A stretch of DNA of 64,000 bases. Origin: Eledone cirrhosa. Its lineage: Eukaryota. Location: the NCBI GenBank assembly GCA_964016885.1, contig OZ024743.1, positions 52,204,001 to 52,268,000 of the forward strand, given 5' to 3'. The position numbers were made by a program, and so were the translations under genes. Under the pieces are notes generated by a model, which was not told where the DNA came from, did not search any database, and worked only from the letters and a program-made list of their open reading frames with translations. Below, in pieces: positions 10,905 to 24,683 of this stretch (positions are counted from its first letter, which is position 1; every line of letters starts with the position of its first letter).

Positions 10905-13717
10905 TTTACAGTGAGTACTGGGTACTTTTACTGTGACACCTACATAACCACTTTACAGTGAGTACTGGGTACTTTTACTGTGACACCTACATAACCACTT
11001 TACAGTGAGTACTGGGTACTTTTACTGTGACACCTACATGACCACTTTACAGTGAGTACTGGGTACTTTTACTGTGACACCTACATGACCACTTTACAGT
11101 GAGTACTGGGTGCTTTTTGTTGTGACACCTACATGACCACTTTACAGTGAGTACTGGGTACTTTTACTGTGACACCTACATGACCACTTTATATTGAGTA
11201 CTGGGTGCTTTTTGTTGTGATACCTACATGACCACTTTACAGTGTGGACTGGGTACTTTTACTGTGACACCTACATGACCACTTTACAGTGAGTATTGGG
11301 TGCTTTTTGTTGTGACACCTACATGACCACTTTACAGTGAGTACTGGGTACTTTTACTGTGACACCTACATGACCACTTTACAGTGTGGACTGGGTGCTT
11401 TTTGTTGTGACACCTACATGACCACTTTACAGTGAGAACTGGGTGCCTTTTTGTTGTGACCCCTACATGACCACTTTACAGTGAGTACTGGGTACTTTTA
11501 CTGTGACACCTACATGACCACTTTACAGTGTGGACTGGGTGCTTTTTGTTGTGACACCTACATGACCACTTTACAGTGAGTACTGGGTGCTTTTTTGTTG
11601 TGACCCCTACATGACCACTTTACAGTGAGTACTGGGTACTTTTACTGTGACACCTACATGACCACTTTACAGTGTGGACTGGGTGCTTTTTGTTGTGACA
11701 CCTACATGACCACTTTACAGTGAGTACTGGGTGCTTTTTGTTGTGACACCTACATGACCACTTTACAGTGAGAACTGGGTGCTTTTTTGTTGTGACCCCT
11801 ACATGACCACTTTACAGTGAGTACTGGGTACTTTTACTGTGACACCTACATGACCACTTTACAGTGAGTACTGGGTGCTTTTTGTTGTGACACCTACATA
11901 ACCACTTTACAGTGAGTACTGGGTACTTTTACTGTGACACCTACATGACCACTTTACAGTGAGTACTGGGTGCTTTTTGTTGTGACACCTACATGACCAC
12001 TTTACAGTGTGGACTGGGTGCTTTTTGTCGTGACATCTACATGACCACTTTACTGTGAGTACTGGGTACTTTTACTGTGACACCTACATGACCACTTTAC
12101 AGTGAGTACTGGGTGCTTTTTGTTGTGACACCTACATGACCACTTTACAGTGAGTACTGGGTACTTTTACTGCGACACCTACATGACCACTTTACAGTGA
12201 GTACTGGGTGCTTTTTGTTGTGACACCTACATGACCACTTTACAGTGAGTACTGGGTACTTTTACTGTGACACCTACATGACCACTTTACAGTGAGTACT
12301 GGGTGCTTTTTGTTGTGACACCTACATGACCACTTTACAGTGAGTACTGGGTGTTTTTTGTTGTGACACCTACATGACCACTTTACAGTGTGGACTGGGT
12401 GCTTTTTGTTGTGACACCTACATGACCACTTTACAGTGTGGACTGGGTGCTTTTTGTTGTGACATCTACATGACCACTTTACAGTGTGGCCTGGGTGCTT
12501 TTTGTTGTGATACCTACATGACCACTTTACAGTGTGGACTGGGTGCTTTTTGTTGTGACACCTACATGACCACTTTACAGTTTTGGACTGGGTGCTTTTA
12601 CTGTGACACCTACATGACCACTTTACAGTGTGGACTGGGTGCTTTTTGTTGTGACACCTACATGACCACTTTACAGTGAGAACTGGGTGCTTTTTGTTGT
12701 GACCCCTACATGACCACTTTACAGTGAGTACTGGGTACTTTTACTGTGACACCTACATGACCACTTTACAGTGTGGACTGGGTGCTTTTTGTTGTGACAC
12801 CTACATGACCACTTTACAGTGAGTACTGGGTGCTTTTTTGTTGTGACCCCTACATGACCACTTTACAGTGAGTACTGGGTACTTTTACTGTGACACCTAC
12901 ATGACCACTTTACAGTGTGGACTGGGTGCTTTTTGTTGTGACACCTACATGACCACTTTACAGTGAGAACTGGGTGCCTTTTTGTTGTGACATCTACATG
13001 ACCACTTTACATTGAGTACTTTTACTGTGACACCTACATGACCACTTTACAGTGAGTACTGGGTATTTTTTGTTGTGACACCTACATGACCACTTTACAG
13101 TGAGTACTGGGTACTTTTACTGTGACACCTACATGACCACTTTACAGTGAGTACTGGGTGCTTTTTGTTGTGACATCTACATGACCACTTTACATTGAGT
13201 ACTGGGTACTTTTACTGTGACACCTACATGACCACTTTACAGTGAGTACTGGGTATATTTTGTTGTGACACCTACATGACCACTTTATATTGAGTACTGG
13301 GTACTTTTACTGTGACACCTACATGACCACTTTACAGTGTGGACTGGGTACTTTTTGTTGTGACACCTACATGACCACTTTACAGTGTGGCCTGGGTGCT
13401 TTTTGTTGTGACACCTACACGACCACTTTACAGTGTGGACTGGGTGCTTTTTGTTGTGACACCTACATGACCACTTTACAGTGTGGACTGGGTGCTTTTA
13501 CTGTGACACCTACATGACCACTTTACAGTATGGACTGGGTGCTTTTACTGTGACACCTATATGACCACTTTACAGTGTGGACTGGGTGCTTTTTGTTGTG
13601 ACACCTACATGACCACTTTACAGTGTGGACTGGGTTCTTTTACTGTGACACCTACATGACCACTTTACAGCGTGGACTGGGTGCTTTTTGTTGTGACACC
13701 TACATGACCACTTTACA
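10905..13717. repeat. Minisatellite, 47-48-bp unit (TTACAGTGAGTACTGGGTACTTTTACTGTGACACCTACATGACCACT), ~59 copies, expanded from an RTE-related SINE whose tail lies at ~10747-10905
   Basis: Period read directly (10911 to 10958). The same unit occurs 2-3 times inside dispersed copies such as 32215-32365 and 35610-35700. Confidence 0.95.
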
Positions 13718-14029
13718 TATAGAAGAGATATCATATAGAATTAGTGAGTGATAGCGGGGTGTGAGGTGATGTTGATATTTGGTTTGCTATCACTGTATCA
13801 GGAGATATTATATAGGATTAGGTGAGATACCACATAGGCAGAGGTGAGAGGTATTCGAGATGAGATATCAAATAGGTCAATGAGGTGAGAGGTGGTGTGT
13901 GGTGAGATTGATATTAGGTCTGTCATCACAGTTACAGAAGATATTACATAGGTTGAGGTGATATTGAAATATAACAGCAACAACTGGAATGAGGAATGGC
14001 AAAATATGATAACAACTGTAGCACTGACA

Positions 14030-14490
14030 AGTGAATATCAACAACAACAGTGACAACAACAACAACTGTAGCATTGACAAGTGATATCAACAACAACAAC
14101 AACATTGACAACAACAATTGTAGCAACAACAGTACCAACAGCAACTATAGCAACAACAGTAACAGCAACAACTGTAGTAACAACACTGACAACAACAATA
14201 ACAGCCAATAGTAGCAACAATAATCACCATAACAACAGTAACAATAACAACAGTGACAACAACAAAACCAGCAACAACATCTTCAGCACAATGACAACAA
14301 CAACAGTAACCATAAGTGACAACAACATCAGCAACAACATCAACAACGACGTCAGCAACAACAACAGTGACAACATCATCATCAACAACAACATCAGCAA
14401 AAACAACAACAACAACAGCAGCAGCAGCAACAACAACAACATCAGCAATAACAAGGTCAGCAGCAGCAACGTCAGCAACAACAGTAATAG
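14030..14490. repeat. Degenerate (CAA/CAG)n microsatellite
   Basis: Low-complexity sequence. Confidence 0.9.
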
Positions 14491-16213
14491 CAAATTATTG
14501 AGTTAAGATAATCACCAACTTTCTGGAAATAACAGTCAAATTTCCCCTCAGATTACACCCCACCATCTTGAAAAAGGATAGGCATGCAGGATAATGTGGT
14601 CCTTGATATACAATGGGGTGGCCATGGACAGAACACATTCACAAGTCTGCTCAGATAGGGTTTACCTCAGTTTAACCACCACCACCAACATCAACAACAA
14701 CCACTACCATATATCCATTAATTATATCTGAAAACCTCAAAGATTCATACAAGTGCATGATATTGGTTTATCTTTCGTCCTTTTGTGGGGTTGATAAAAT
14801 AAAGCCCTGGCCCAGGGGCAGTAGACTGGTGGAATTATTAGAACATCAGGTGAGATACCATGTGGTATTTGCTCTGGTTCTTTGTGGCCTGTGTTCAAAT
14901 CTCACTGTAATCTATGGAATCCATTCTGTTGAAAGATTTTCGACCTGGTCCAAATACTTGCAACAGAAGGAACTTTATTAAAAGCATTCAAGGACCATGT
15001 GGTGGTATTAAACTAATTGAGAGAGTAATATTAATAGGAAAGTGAGTTATTTTACTAAATCCTTCCAAATTCTTGATTATTTTCAAAATTAATCGAAACA
15101 CATAAGCAAGGTGTCTTCCATTAGTCTTTTATGTCCTGACAAGAGTCATGGGAGCTGCTCTACCTCCCTGACTAAACAGTAAAAGAGGAAAAAAGGAAAA
15201 AAGACAGCACTCATGGGTTTTGGAGGATCTCCCATACTGGTGGAATTAATGTGCCACAATATAAGTTCTGCTAAAAATATTCAGTTTCACTTTTTGTATT
15301 TGTATTTCACAGCATCTCTGTATGTCATATGAGGTGACTTAAAAGGGTTAGCTGGCTGTAAAATATTTTTTCAAAAAGGACCCCATGATGCGTATGAAGC
15401 CTTTCATGGTGCCCACATGGCTAACTCCTGAACTAGAAGAAAAAGATGGTCTAAAGATGCTTGCTCTTTTCATATTTCATGGTTGGGTAACATGAGCAAA
15501 TGAGACCCAAGCAGCAGAGAAGTAGGGGAGAAGGCTGCACTCAACTGAAGTAGAAACTATGAGTTGTAATAGGGCGAGGATTTGGGCTTACTTCGAAACT
15601 TCTTCAAATTCTTAAATGGTTCCATTCTCGGTAAACACGTTTGACCCACTTCTGTGGAGGAGCTGAACAGACGATGAGGTGTACACTAACCTATAATTTA
15701 ACCACCTCAATGCACTCGTGGAATAATTCGAGATAGTTATGTAGGGGCCATCATGAAAAGTGTATTGGGGCATCACCATTGTGCCACAGTGGTAGCAAAA
15801 TGAAGAGATTCCTTGCAAATGGGAAAAATAAAAGAAAAACAAGAAATATCTAAGATGCAACAAATGAATAAAACTATAAAAACTAGTTTGCTTGTGACAT
15901 CACAACTGGTTTAATGACATTTCAACAAAAACTTTGGAAGCTCAACACTGATGTATAGCATTCATTTTGAGAGTCATTTATATATATATATATATATCAC
16001 CGTCATAATTTTTTGTCTGCTTTTCATGCTGGAATGGCATGGACAGATTGTCATGGTCAGAGAGTAAACAAGTCAAAGAGATCTCATCTTGCTCATACAT
16101 TCTATATTTGGCATGGCTGGGTACATTTGGGATTATCATCTCTGGCATAGCCTCTACCACCACCACCACCACCACTACACACCACCAACAACAACAAGTA
16201 AATTCATACTTAC

Positions 16214-16380
16214 TCCTCACTAATATCCTGGTCTTCGGACTGATAATCTGAATCGTCCCTGTCAGTGGTGTTAGAATCATGGTCAGCATCACTGTGGTCT
16301 GATGGTGTCATTGGTTCTCCGTCGGATTCACCAAATTTCACACTTTTCTCAGCCACTTTAACTTCAGCTGCTTCTTCCAT
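16214..16380 (-). CDS. TTLL5: TTLL5 tubulin polyglutamylase, first coding exon (MEEAAEVKVAEKSVKFGESDGEPMTPSDHSDADHDSNTTDRDDSDYQSEDQDISE+GA)
   Basis: ATG at 16380 with an in-frame TAG four codons upstream. 167 nt, ends at a GTAAGT donor in phase 2, matching the next exon. Acidic N-terminus, as in TTLL5. Confidence 0.75.
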
Positions 16381-16423
16381 GCTTATTCTTGTCTATATGT
16401 TTAGATGTGTATATGAATGTCGC

Positions 16424-16454
<31 letters not shown>

Positions 16455-16774
16455 GGTGTCTGTATATTTTTGTTGATGCATTTATATATATATTATTTTA
16501 TATATATAAAATGGTTTTCTTTTTGTTTTCTTTTGTTTCTTTTCACCTTTTTTCAGTCACCAATTTGTCCATGCCTGCTGGGTATCCATGAAATCAGGAC
16601 TCAGATTCTTGTTACATCCAGGGCTCCACATATTGTAGTTGTGGGAAACTTGCACAGTTGATATCTGGGAATAACAGAGATGCCAAAACATTGTTTTAAT
16701 GGTAAACATAATAATAATAATAAAGTCACACATTCGTACATACAGTTGGATGAAAAAGGAAAGTAAAGAAGCTT

Positions 16775-18944
16775 ATCATCAGATCAGACCAAGGAAAAAA
16801 TGTTTCCATTGGTCTTTCCACATTAATGATACTATCTGTTGGTCACAACTCCTGGCAGTAGAAAGGAGTTAATCATCAGATCAGACCAAGGAAACAATGT
16901 TTCTATTGGTCTTTCCACATTAATGATACTATCTGTTGGTCACAACTCCTGGCAGTAGAAAGGAGTTAATCATCAGATCAGACCAAGGAAACAATGTTTC
17001 TATTAGTCTTTCCACATTAATGATACTATCTGTTGGTCACAACTCCTGGCAGAAGAAAGGTGTTGATCATCAGATCAGACCAAGGAAACAATGTTTCCAT
17101 TGGTCTTTCCACATTAATGACACTATCTGTTGGTCACAACTCCTGGCAGTAGAAAGGAGTTAATCATCAGATCAGACCAAGGAAACAATGTTTCCATTAG
17201 TCTTTCCACATTAATGATACTATCTGTTGGTCACAACTCCTGGCAGTAGAAAGGAGTTAATCATCAGATCAGACCAAGGAAACAATGTTTCTATTGGTCT
17301 TTCCACATTAATGATACTATCTGTTGGTCACAACTCCTGGCAGTAGAAAGGAGTTAATCATCAGATCAGACCAAGGAAACAATGTTTCTATTGGTCTTTC
17401 CACATTAATGATACTATCTGTTGGTCACAACTCCTGGCAGAAGAAAGGTGTTGATCATCAGATCAGACCAAGGAAACAATGTTTCCATTGGTCTTTCCAC
17501 ATTAATGACACTATCTGTTGGTCACAACTCCTGGCAGTAGAAAGGAGTTAATCATCAGATCGGACCAAGGAAACAATGTTTCCATTAGTCTTTCCACATT
17601 AATGATACTATCTGTTGGTCACAACTCCTGGCAGAAGAAAGGAGTTAATCATCAGATCGGACCAAGGAAACAATGTTTCCATTAGTCTTTCCACATTAAT
17701 GATACTATCTGTTGGTCACAACTCCTGGCAGAAGAAAGGTGTTGATCATCAGATCAGACCAAGGAAACAATGTTTCCATTAGTCTTTCCACATTAATGAC
17801 ACTATCTGTTGGTCACAACTCCTGGCAGAAGAAAGGAGTTAATCATCAGATCGGACCAAGGAAACAATGTTTCCATTAGTCTTTCCACATTAATGATACT
17901 ATCTGTTGGTCACAACTCCTGGCAGAAGAAAGGTGTTGATCATCAGATCAGACCAAGGAAACAATGTTTCTATTGGTCTTTCCACATTAATGACACTATC
18001 TGTTGGTCACAACTCCTGGCAGAAGAAAGGAGTTAATCATCAGATCGGACCAAGGAAACAATGTTTCCATTAGTCTTTCCACATTAATGATACTATCTGT
18101 TGGTCACAACTCCTGGCAGTAGAAAGGTGTTGATCATCAGATCAGACCAAGGAAACAATGTTTCCATTGGTCTTTCCACATTAATGATACTATCTGTTGG
18201 TCACAACTCCTGGCAGAAGAAAGGTGTTGATCATCAGATCAGACCAAGGAAACAATGTTTCCATTGGTCTTTCCACATTAATGACACTATCTGTTGGTCA
18301 CAACTCCTGGCAGAAGAAAGGTGTTGATCATCAGATCAGACCAAGGAAACAATGTTTCCATTGGTCTTTCCACATTAATGACACTATCTGTTGGTCACAA
18401 CTCCTGGCAGAAGAAAGGTGTTGATCATCAGATCAGACCAAGGAAACAATGTTTCCATTGGTCTTTCCACATTAATGACACTATCTGTTGGTCACAACTC
18501 CTGGCAGAAGAAAGGTGTTGATCATCAGATCAGACCAAGGATACAATGTTTCCATTGGTCTTTCCACATTAATGACACTATCTGTTGGTCACAACTCCTG
18601 GCAGAAGAAAGGTGTTGATCATCAGATCAGACCAAGGAAACAATGTTTCCATTGGTCTTTCCACATTAATGACACTATCTGTTGGTCACAACTCCTGGCA
18701 GAAGAAAGGAGTTAATCATCAGATCAGACCAAGGAAACAATGTTTCCATTGGTCTTTCCACATTAATGACACTATCTGTTGGTCACAACTCCTGGCAGAA
18801 GAAAGGTGTTGATCATCAGATCAGACCAAGGAAACAATGTTTCCATTGGTCTTTCCACATTAATGACACTATCTGTTGGTCACAACTCCTGGCAGAAGAA
18901 CGGAGTTAATCATCAGATCAGACCAAGGAAACAATGTTTCCATT
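16775..18944. repeat. 97-bp tandem repeat, ~22 copies
   Basis: Period of 97 visible directly and in the ORF track starts (18100, 18197, 18294...). Confidence 0.97.
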
Positions 18945-19319
18945 GTTGATACTGACAGAAAGACAGACACATAGACTGACAGACAGATAGATTAACACAT
19001 TGTAAGAGACATTCAACAAACTCTATGGTATTGATTTTTTTTATAGACACTATCTATATTTATTTTTCCAATAATTGTTAAACTGTCATCCATACACCTG
19101 CTGTAGGTGACAATTATCTTTGATAATCAGGTAGAAAAATTGGTAGACAAGATTGATCTTACATGGTCATCTGCTTTACTAGAAATAGCAGCCAAATCTT
19201 CTAATTACACCACACCATATTTAAAACAAAAGGGTCATTGGGGATGAAGTCAACTAATGCCCTCCAATCTCCTCCTCCTAAATTTTTGTGACTGTGTACC
19301 TATGCTGGAAATAATAATA

Positions 19320-20143
19320 ATTCTTTCTACTATTGGCACAAGGCCAGCAATTTGGAGGAATGGGAAGGCTGATTATATCACCACATTACTTAAGGATGGA
19401 AGGTAAAATGCCTCGAGATATTTTTTCCGATATTGTAATGATTCTGTCAATTCATTACCTAAATAATAATTATTATTATTAGAGCGGATGCCATGCTTTG
19501 CAGCATGGAGTTACGGCCCTTATCATTCTGAGTTCAAATCCCGCCAAGGTTAACTTTGCCTTTCATCTTTACGGGGTCGATAAAATAAAATACCAGTTAT
19601 GTACTGGGTAATTGCTGGCCTTGTGCCAAAAGTAGAAACAATTATTATTAGAGCGTTAGACACTATGCTTTGCAGCATAGAGTTACGGCCCTTTATGGTC
19701 TGAGTTCAAATCTCACCGAGGTTAACTTTGCCTTTCATCCTTATGAGGTTGATAAAATAAAGTACCAGTCACGCACTGGGGTCAGTTTAATCGACTTTCC
19801 CCTTCCCCAAAATTGCTGGCCTAGTGCCTATATAAGAAACCAATATTATTAATGGATTGGCAGTGAATTGGTAGAGGATCGGACACCATGCTTTCCAGCA
19901 CAGTTACACCCCTTTACGGTCTGAGTTCAAATCCCGTTGAGGTAAACTTTGCCTTTCATCCTTACGGGGTCGATAAAATAAAGTACCAGTAATGTACTGG
20001 TAATTGCTGGCCTTGTGCCAAACGCAGAAACAATTATTATTATTCATAACACTTTTACTCTGGCAAATGTTATACCGAAAGTAGAAACAATTATTAATGG
20101 ATTGGCAGAATCTGTAAAGCGTCAAACAACAAGGTTTATATAC

Positions 20144-20191
<48 letters not shown>

Positions 20192-20350
20192 GTTTCTACT
20201 TTTGGCACAAGGCCATCAATTATCCAGTACATTACTAGTACTTTATTTTATCGACCCCGTAAGGATGAAAGGCAAAGTTAACCTCGGTGGGATTTGAACT
20301 CAGTCTGTAAAGGGATGTAACTCTATGCTAGAAAGCATGGCGTCTGACTC
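19320..20350. mobile_element. Cluster of family-A SINEs: three tandem + copies (~19480-20040) flanked by - copies (~19320-19460, ~20190-20350)
   Basis: Repeated SINE consensus in both orientations. Confidence 0.85.
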
Positions 20351-21066
20351 TTCATACACTGAACAAAGGCGCTACCCAAGGTTTCAAGGCCCAAATTTGA
20401 CCCTATCTCCAGAAAACAAGAGACATCAAATTAGTGACCTTTCTTCAATTGAGGTGAAATAATTGTGCCCTAGTGTTGTTATGAGATGTGAGTTTGATTT
20501 TTATTGTGGTTGGATATCACGAGGGCCAAGCCTTGGGTGTCCTTTAAAAATGACGCCAACATCATTTGGGCAATACTGACGGAATATTTTCCACATCATG
20601 CAAATAATGTAGCGTTTACTGCAGTATTTGAGAGAGTAGAGTTTGAGTTGTTCTAGTCGACCTCAATAGTCAAGGCCTGAGTAAAACAGACTTATTTTAG
20701 TTTGTTTAGCTTGTATACTGCCACCCCCAACAAGATTTTGTCTAAAGTTAAATATGTTTAATTGCTTCTCAGTTCATATTTTATATTTTCACTGAGATGC
20801 TTTAAAATAGACAAATTTTTTTTTATTCATGCCTAAGCATATAGACAATATGCCCCACCCCCTCCCACTACAATGTGGTCGTGGAGGTGCCATGGCAATG
20901 AAGGACCCAGCACACACTGTAAATGAGGTTGGTGTTAGGAAGGGCATCCAGCTGTAGAAATCAAGCCAGAATCAGTGCCCATATGAGCAAGACATGGTCA
21001 GTCGACTGGACACTGCTAGCGTGGAAGAATGGAAGTAAAATGGCGGCTGCAGCGACGATGATGATG

Positions 21067-21098
<32 letters not shown>

Positions 21099-21103
<5 letters not shown>

Positions 21104-24100
21104 CCGCTCCACCATCCGCCAACTTGACTACCAACTGACCCCCATCCTCCTCCGCCTTAACTCCGCCTGCCACCCCCTCCTCGCTCACTCCATCCTCCTC
21201 TTCATCCAAAACCTCAACCACAACCTCTTCTCCTTCCTCACCTCCACCAAAGCCCTTAAGCTACACTCACTCCTCCCTACCACCCCCATCCGCCCATCCC
21301 TATTACCCCCCACCCCACACCACCACCACCACCCACACACACCCATCGCACCCCTCTCCCACCCACACCCTACCCAATCTCCACCCTCCACCTCACCCCT
21401 CACCACACCCTGCCCTCCCCCTTCACACACCCAAACCCCACCACTTGTTGTCACCATACCCCCTGACCTCCCCCTCTCCGCACCTGAGCGTTCACTCCTC
21501 AGTAGAGGCCTTCGCTTCATACCCCACACTCCGCACAGCGACGAATTCCGCACCCGAACGGAAGTCGAGCGATTCGTGCGACGCACGAAGCTACAGGCAC
21601 ATTTCGATCAAACGGCACCGGCTCCGAACGCCCCAGACCCGTTTCTCGCCCTGGGCCATGAACCATCATCTTGGACGCCGGCCCCAGTGCAATTTAGCAC
21701 CCTGGACACGTTCGTCGACGCTTGCCGTAGCGCAGTAAATCGCTTCGATTTCCGCCACCGTTCCAAACGGCATAACATCTCACGGGGTGAACCCCTCATT
21801 CTCCACTCCCTCCGTAGCCGAGATGACATCGTCATTAAACCGGCAGACAACGGAGGCGCCGTGGTGGTGTGGCGCGCTGACCTCTACACGGCTGAAGTCC
21901 TCAGGCAGCTCCGTAACGCTCTCTTCTACCACCCTCTACCCTCCGACCCCACACCTCTCTACCAACAAGTTTCCTCCACCATCCAACACCTTGTCTCCTC
22001 CTCCCTCCTCCCCCCACCGCTTCCCACCTCATCGTCCGCACACCCCCCCACATCCCCACTATCTACTTCCTCCCCAAACTCTACAAACCCGACCACCCCA
22101 TCGTCTCCACTTGCAACTGCCCCACTGAACTCATCTCCGCCCTTCTTGACTCCACCCTCGCCCCCCTCGTCACCATTCTCCCCTCCCACACCTCCGACAC
22201 CAACCACGCCCTTCGCTTATTCGACTCCTTCACCTTCCCACCCGGCCCACAGCCCTTCCTCTTCACCCTAGATATCAAGTCGCTTTATACTGTCATCCCC
22301 CATGCCAACTGCCTACGTGCCCTCAAGCACTACCTCGACCTTCGCCCCTCCAACCCCACCCTCCCTCGCCGAGCTGGTCCTCACCCTCAACTGCTTCTTC
22401 TCGGGTGAGTTTTTCCAACAGGTCACGGGGATAGCCATGGGCACAAGAATGGGCCCAAACTATGCCAACCTTTTCGTTGGCCATGTTGAGGCCCAAATCT
22501 TTGCTCAGTACACCGGCCCCACGCCCGAACTGTACGGTCATTACATCGACGACTGTATCGGAGCCACGACCCTCACCCGAGTACAGCTCGACTCCTTTAT
22601 CTCTTTCTTCTGCTCCTTCCACCCCTCCCTCCACTTCACCACACACATCCACTTCTTAGACATCTCCGTCGCCATCAACCCTTCCCACCACTCCCTCGTC
22701 ACCAACTCCCACCCTACACACACTAAACACTCTATTCCCTACTCCCAACTCCTCAGGATCCGCCGCCTCTGCAGCCGAGATGGTGACTTTGAGTCCCAGG
22801 CCCTTTCCTTAGTCAGCCACGCAGAGGTTACCCCCCCCCCCCCCTCCCTCGTCCACACCGCCCTCACTCGCGCCCGTGTTGTCCACCGCTCCACCACCCT
22901 CACCCCACGCCACCACACACACACCCACCGTCTCCCCTTCCCCATCACCTACCACCCCTCCACCGCACCATTCTCCACCTCTTCCGACGCCTCCAGTCCG
23001 ACCCCTCCACCTCCCACATCTTCCCATTCCCACCACTCCCCTCCTTCAAACGCACACGCAATCTCCGCACCCTCCTCGTCCGCAGCTCCCTACCCCCAAC
23101 CCACGCTCCTCTACCCCCGGTTCCCTGCCCTGTTCCAGGCCTCGTTGCAACACCTGCCCCACATCACCAACACCACCACCTTCCAGGGTCCCAACGGCCA
23201 CTCTCTCTGTCTGGCATGCCTTCCGCTGCACGGAGTGTAGCGCAACCTACGTCAGATAGACTGGTCGTCGCCTAGCGGACCGTTTCACTGAACACCTCCG
23301 GGATATTCGTCTCGGCGGTAGTTCCCCCATCACCCGCCACTTTGGCTCCCCTGGACATTCCGCGCACCGCCTCACAGTCTGTGGCCTACTCCAATGCCAC
23401 GGAAACCCGCCACCCGCCTCAGGGTCGAACAACGCACCATCTTCACCCTACAGACCCACACTCCCCACCCCTATTCCTTTAGCCTTCAACCACCCTATCC
23501 CCCCCCCTCTAACACCACTAACACATTCCTCCTTTTCACTGCCCACCCCACAACTAACAATACTAACATCCACACCCCTTCACACACACACACACACATC
23601 CCAGTAACACCTCTACTAATACACACCCCATCCCCCCGCACAACCCCCTCCCCACTCCACCTTTCACACCTACCCATCCTCCGCACACACTGACACACTG
23701 ACTTTCTCCACCTGCCATTCTCCTCTACTGCTGCTATGCCTTGACCCTCTGACCACTTCTTCGCACACACATACCTCTCCACCTGTCATTCTCCTCTACC
23801 CTCCTCCTGCCTTGACCCTCTGACCACTTCCTGTTGCACGCGCACCCCACATCTCCCCTCTTCCGACCAACACAACCATGGATTGCACACCATTGGCCAT
23901 CGTTCCCACTATCAACTCCATCACATTGAAAATATCGGCATCGTGCCACACCCTCTACGGATCTACCTTAGGAACTTACCCACGGACATACACTCACAAA
24001 CATTTTTTTTGAACCACGCCACCTACATCCACAATACGTATAAACACCACACACACGTGCGTACCCCCACATATATACACACTCAGCCTCCGGAATCCCC

Positions 24101-24592
24101 CCCCATCCCTCTGACCCCTCCCCATCCACACGCGTACACACACACCGACCTACACCCCACCTCACACATCACACCTTTTCCTGAACATGGAACCTCGTTC
24201 TTCCCCCAACTCTCACATTCACACACACACACACACACGTACACACATACACCACCTTCAGCCCTCGCCGCTCAGACACCCCGCCTCCTTCTCCCCCACT
24301 CCACCCGCCACCACCCCTACACGCCTCACACCCTTCCACCACTTGTTTATAGTCATGTTTATTTTATTTTTTTTTATTTGTACCCCTTCCACCGTTTTTC
24401 TTCGCTTTCCTCCCCCCTTTTTTCTAAATGTCTCTCCTCCACTCCCCTACACACCCTCGGAACTCTCTTCCCACTTCTCGCCTGAAGAAGGCTTATGCCC
24501 GAAATGCCCCCCCCCCCCGCTCTCAAGAGCGTGAAACTAATAAACCTTTGTTCGTACTGCCTCTCTGTTTTGTTCCCTTTCCATTTTTCACT
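21099..24592 (+). mobile_element. Penelope-like retroelement (RT + C-terminal GIY-YIG), decayed and C-rich
   Basis: Frameshifted motifs: IVIKPADNGGAVVVW, LFTLDIKSLYTVIP, GIAMGTRMGPNYANLF, YIDD, HFLD, SIPYSQLLRIRRLCS, then CSATYVR*TGRRLADRFTEHL (GIY-YIG-type). HHR-like core at 24482-24504, AATAAA at ~24539, (TA)n on both sides. Confidence 0.92.
24482..24504 (+). ncRNA. Degenerate hammerhead ribozyme core in the PLE 3' region
   Basis: CTGAAGA-a-GGC-TTAT-GCC-c-GAAA; stems I and III decayed. Confidence 0.6.
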
Positions 24593-24683
24593 ATATATAT
24601 ATATAACAAAGGAACTGTGGAAAGGAACCAGATGGACCATAACACACCAGAGTACTCAATACTTATGGTAGTAGAGTGGGTAA

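Noticed and set aside
15585-15670. Possible alternative first TTLL5 exon (MEPFKNLKKFR, GTAAG donor)
   Set aside because: The donor is phase 1 but the next exon needs phase 2, and the phase-2 frame contains a stop.
16775-18944. 97-bp array as a CRISPR array, or its 75-aa ORFs as a gene family
   Set aside because: No unique spacers and no cas genes in a eukaryotic context; the ORFs simply follow the repeat period.
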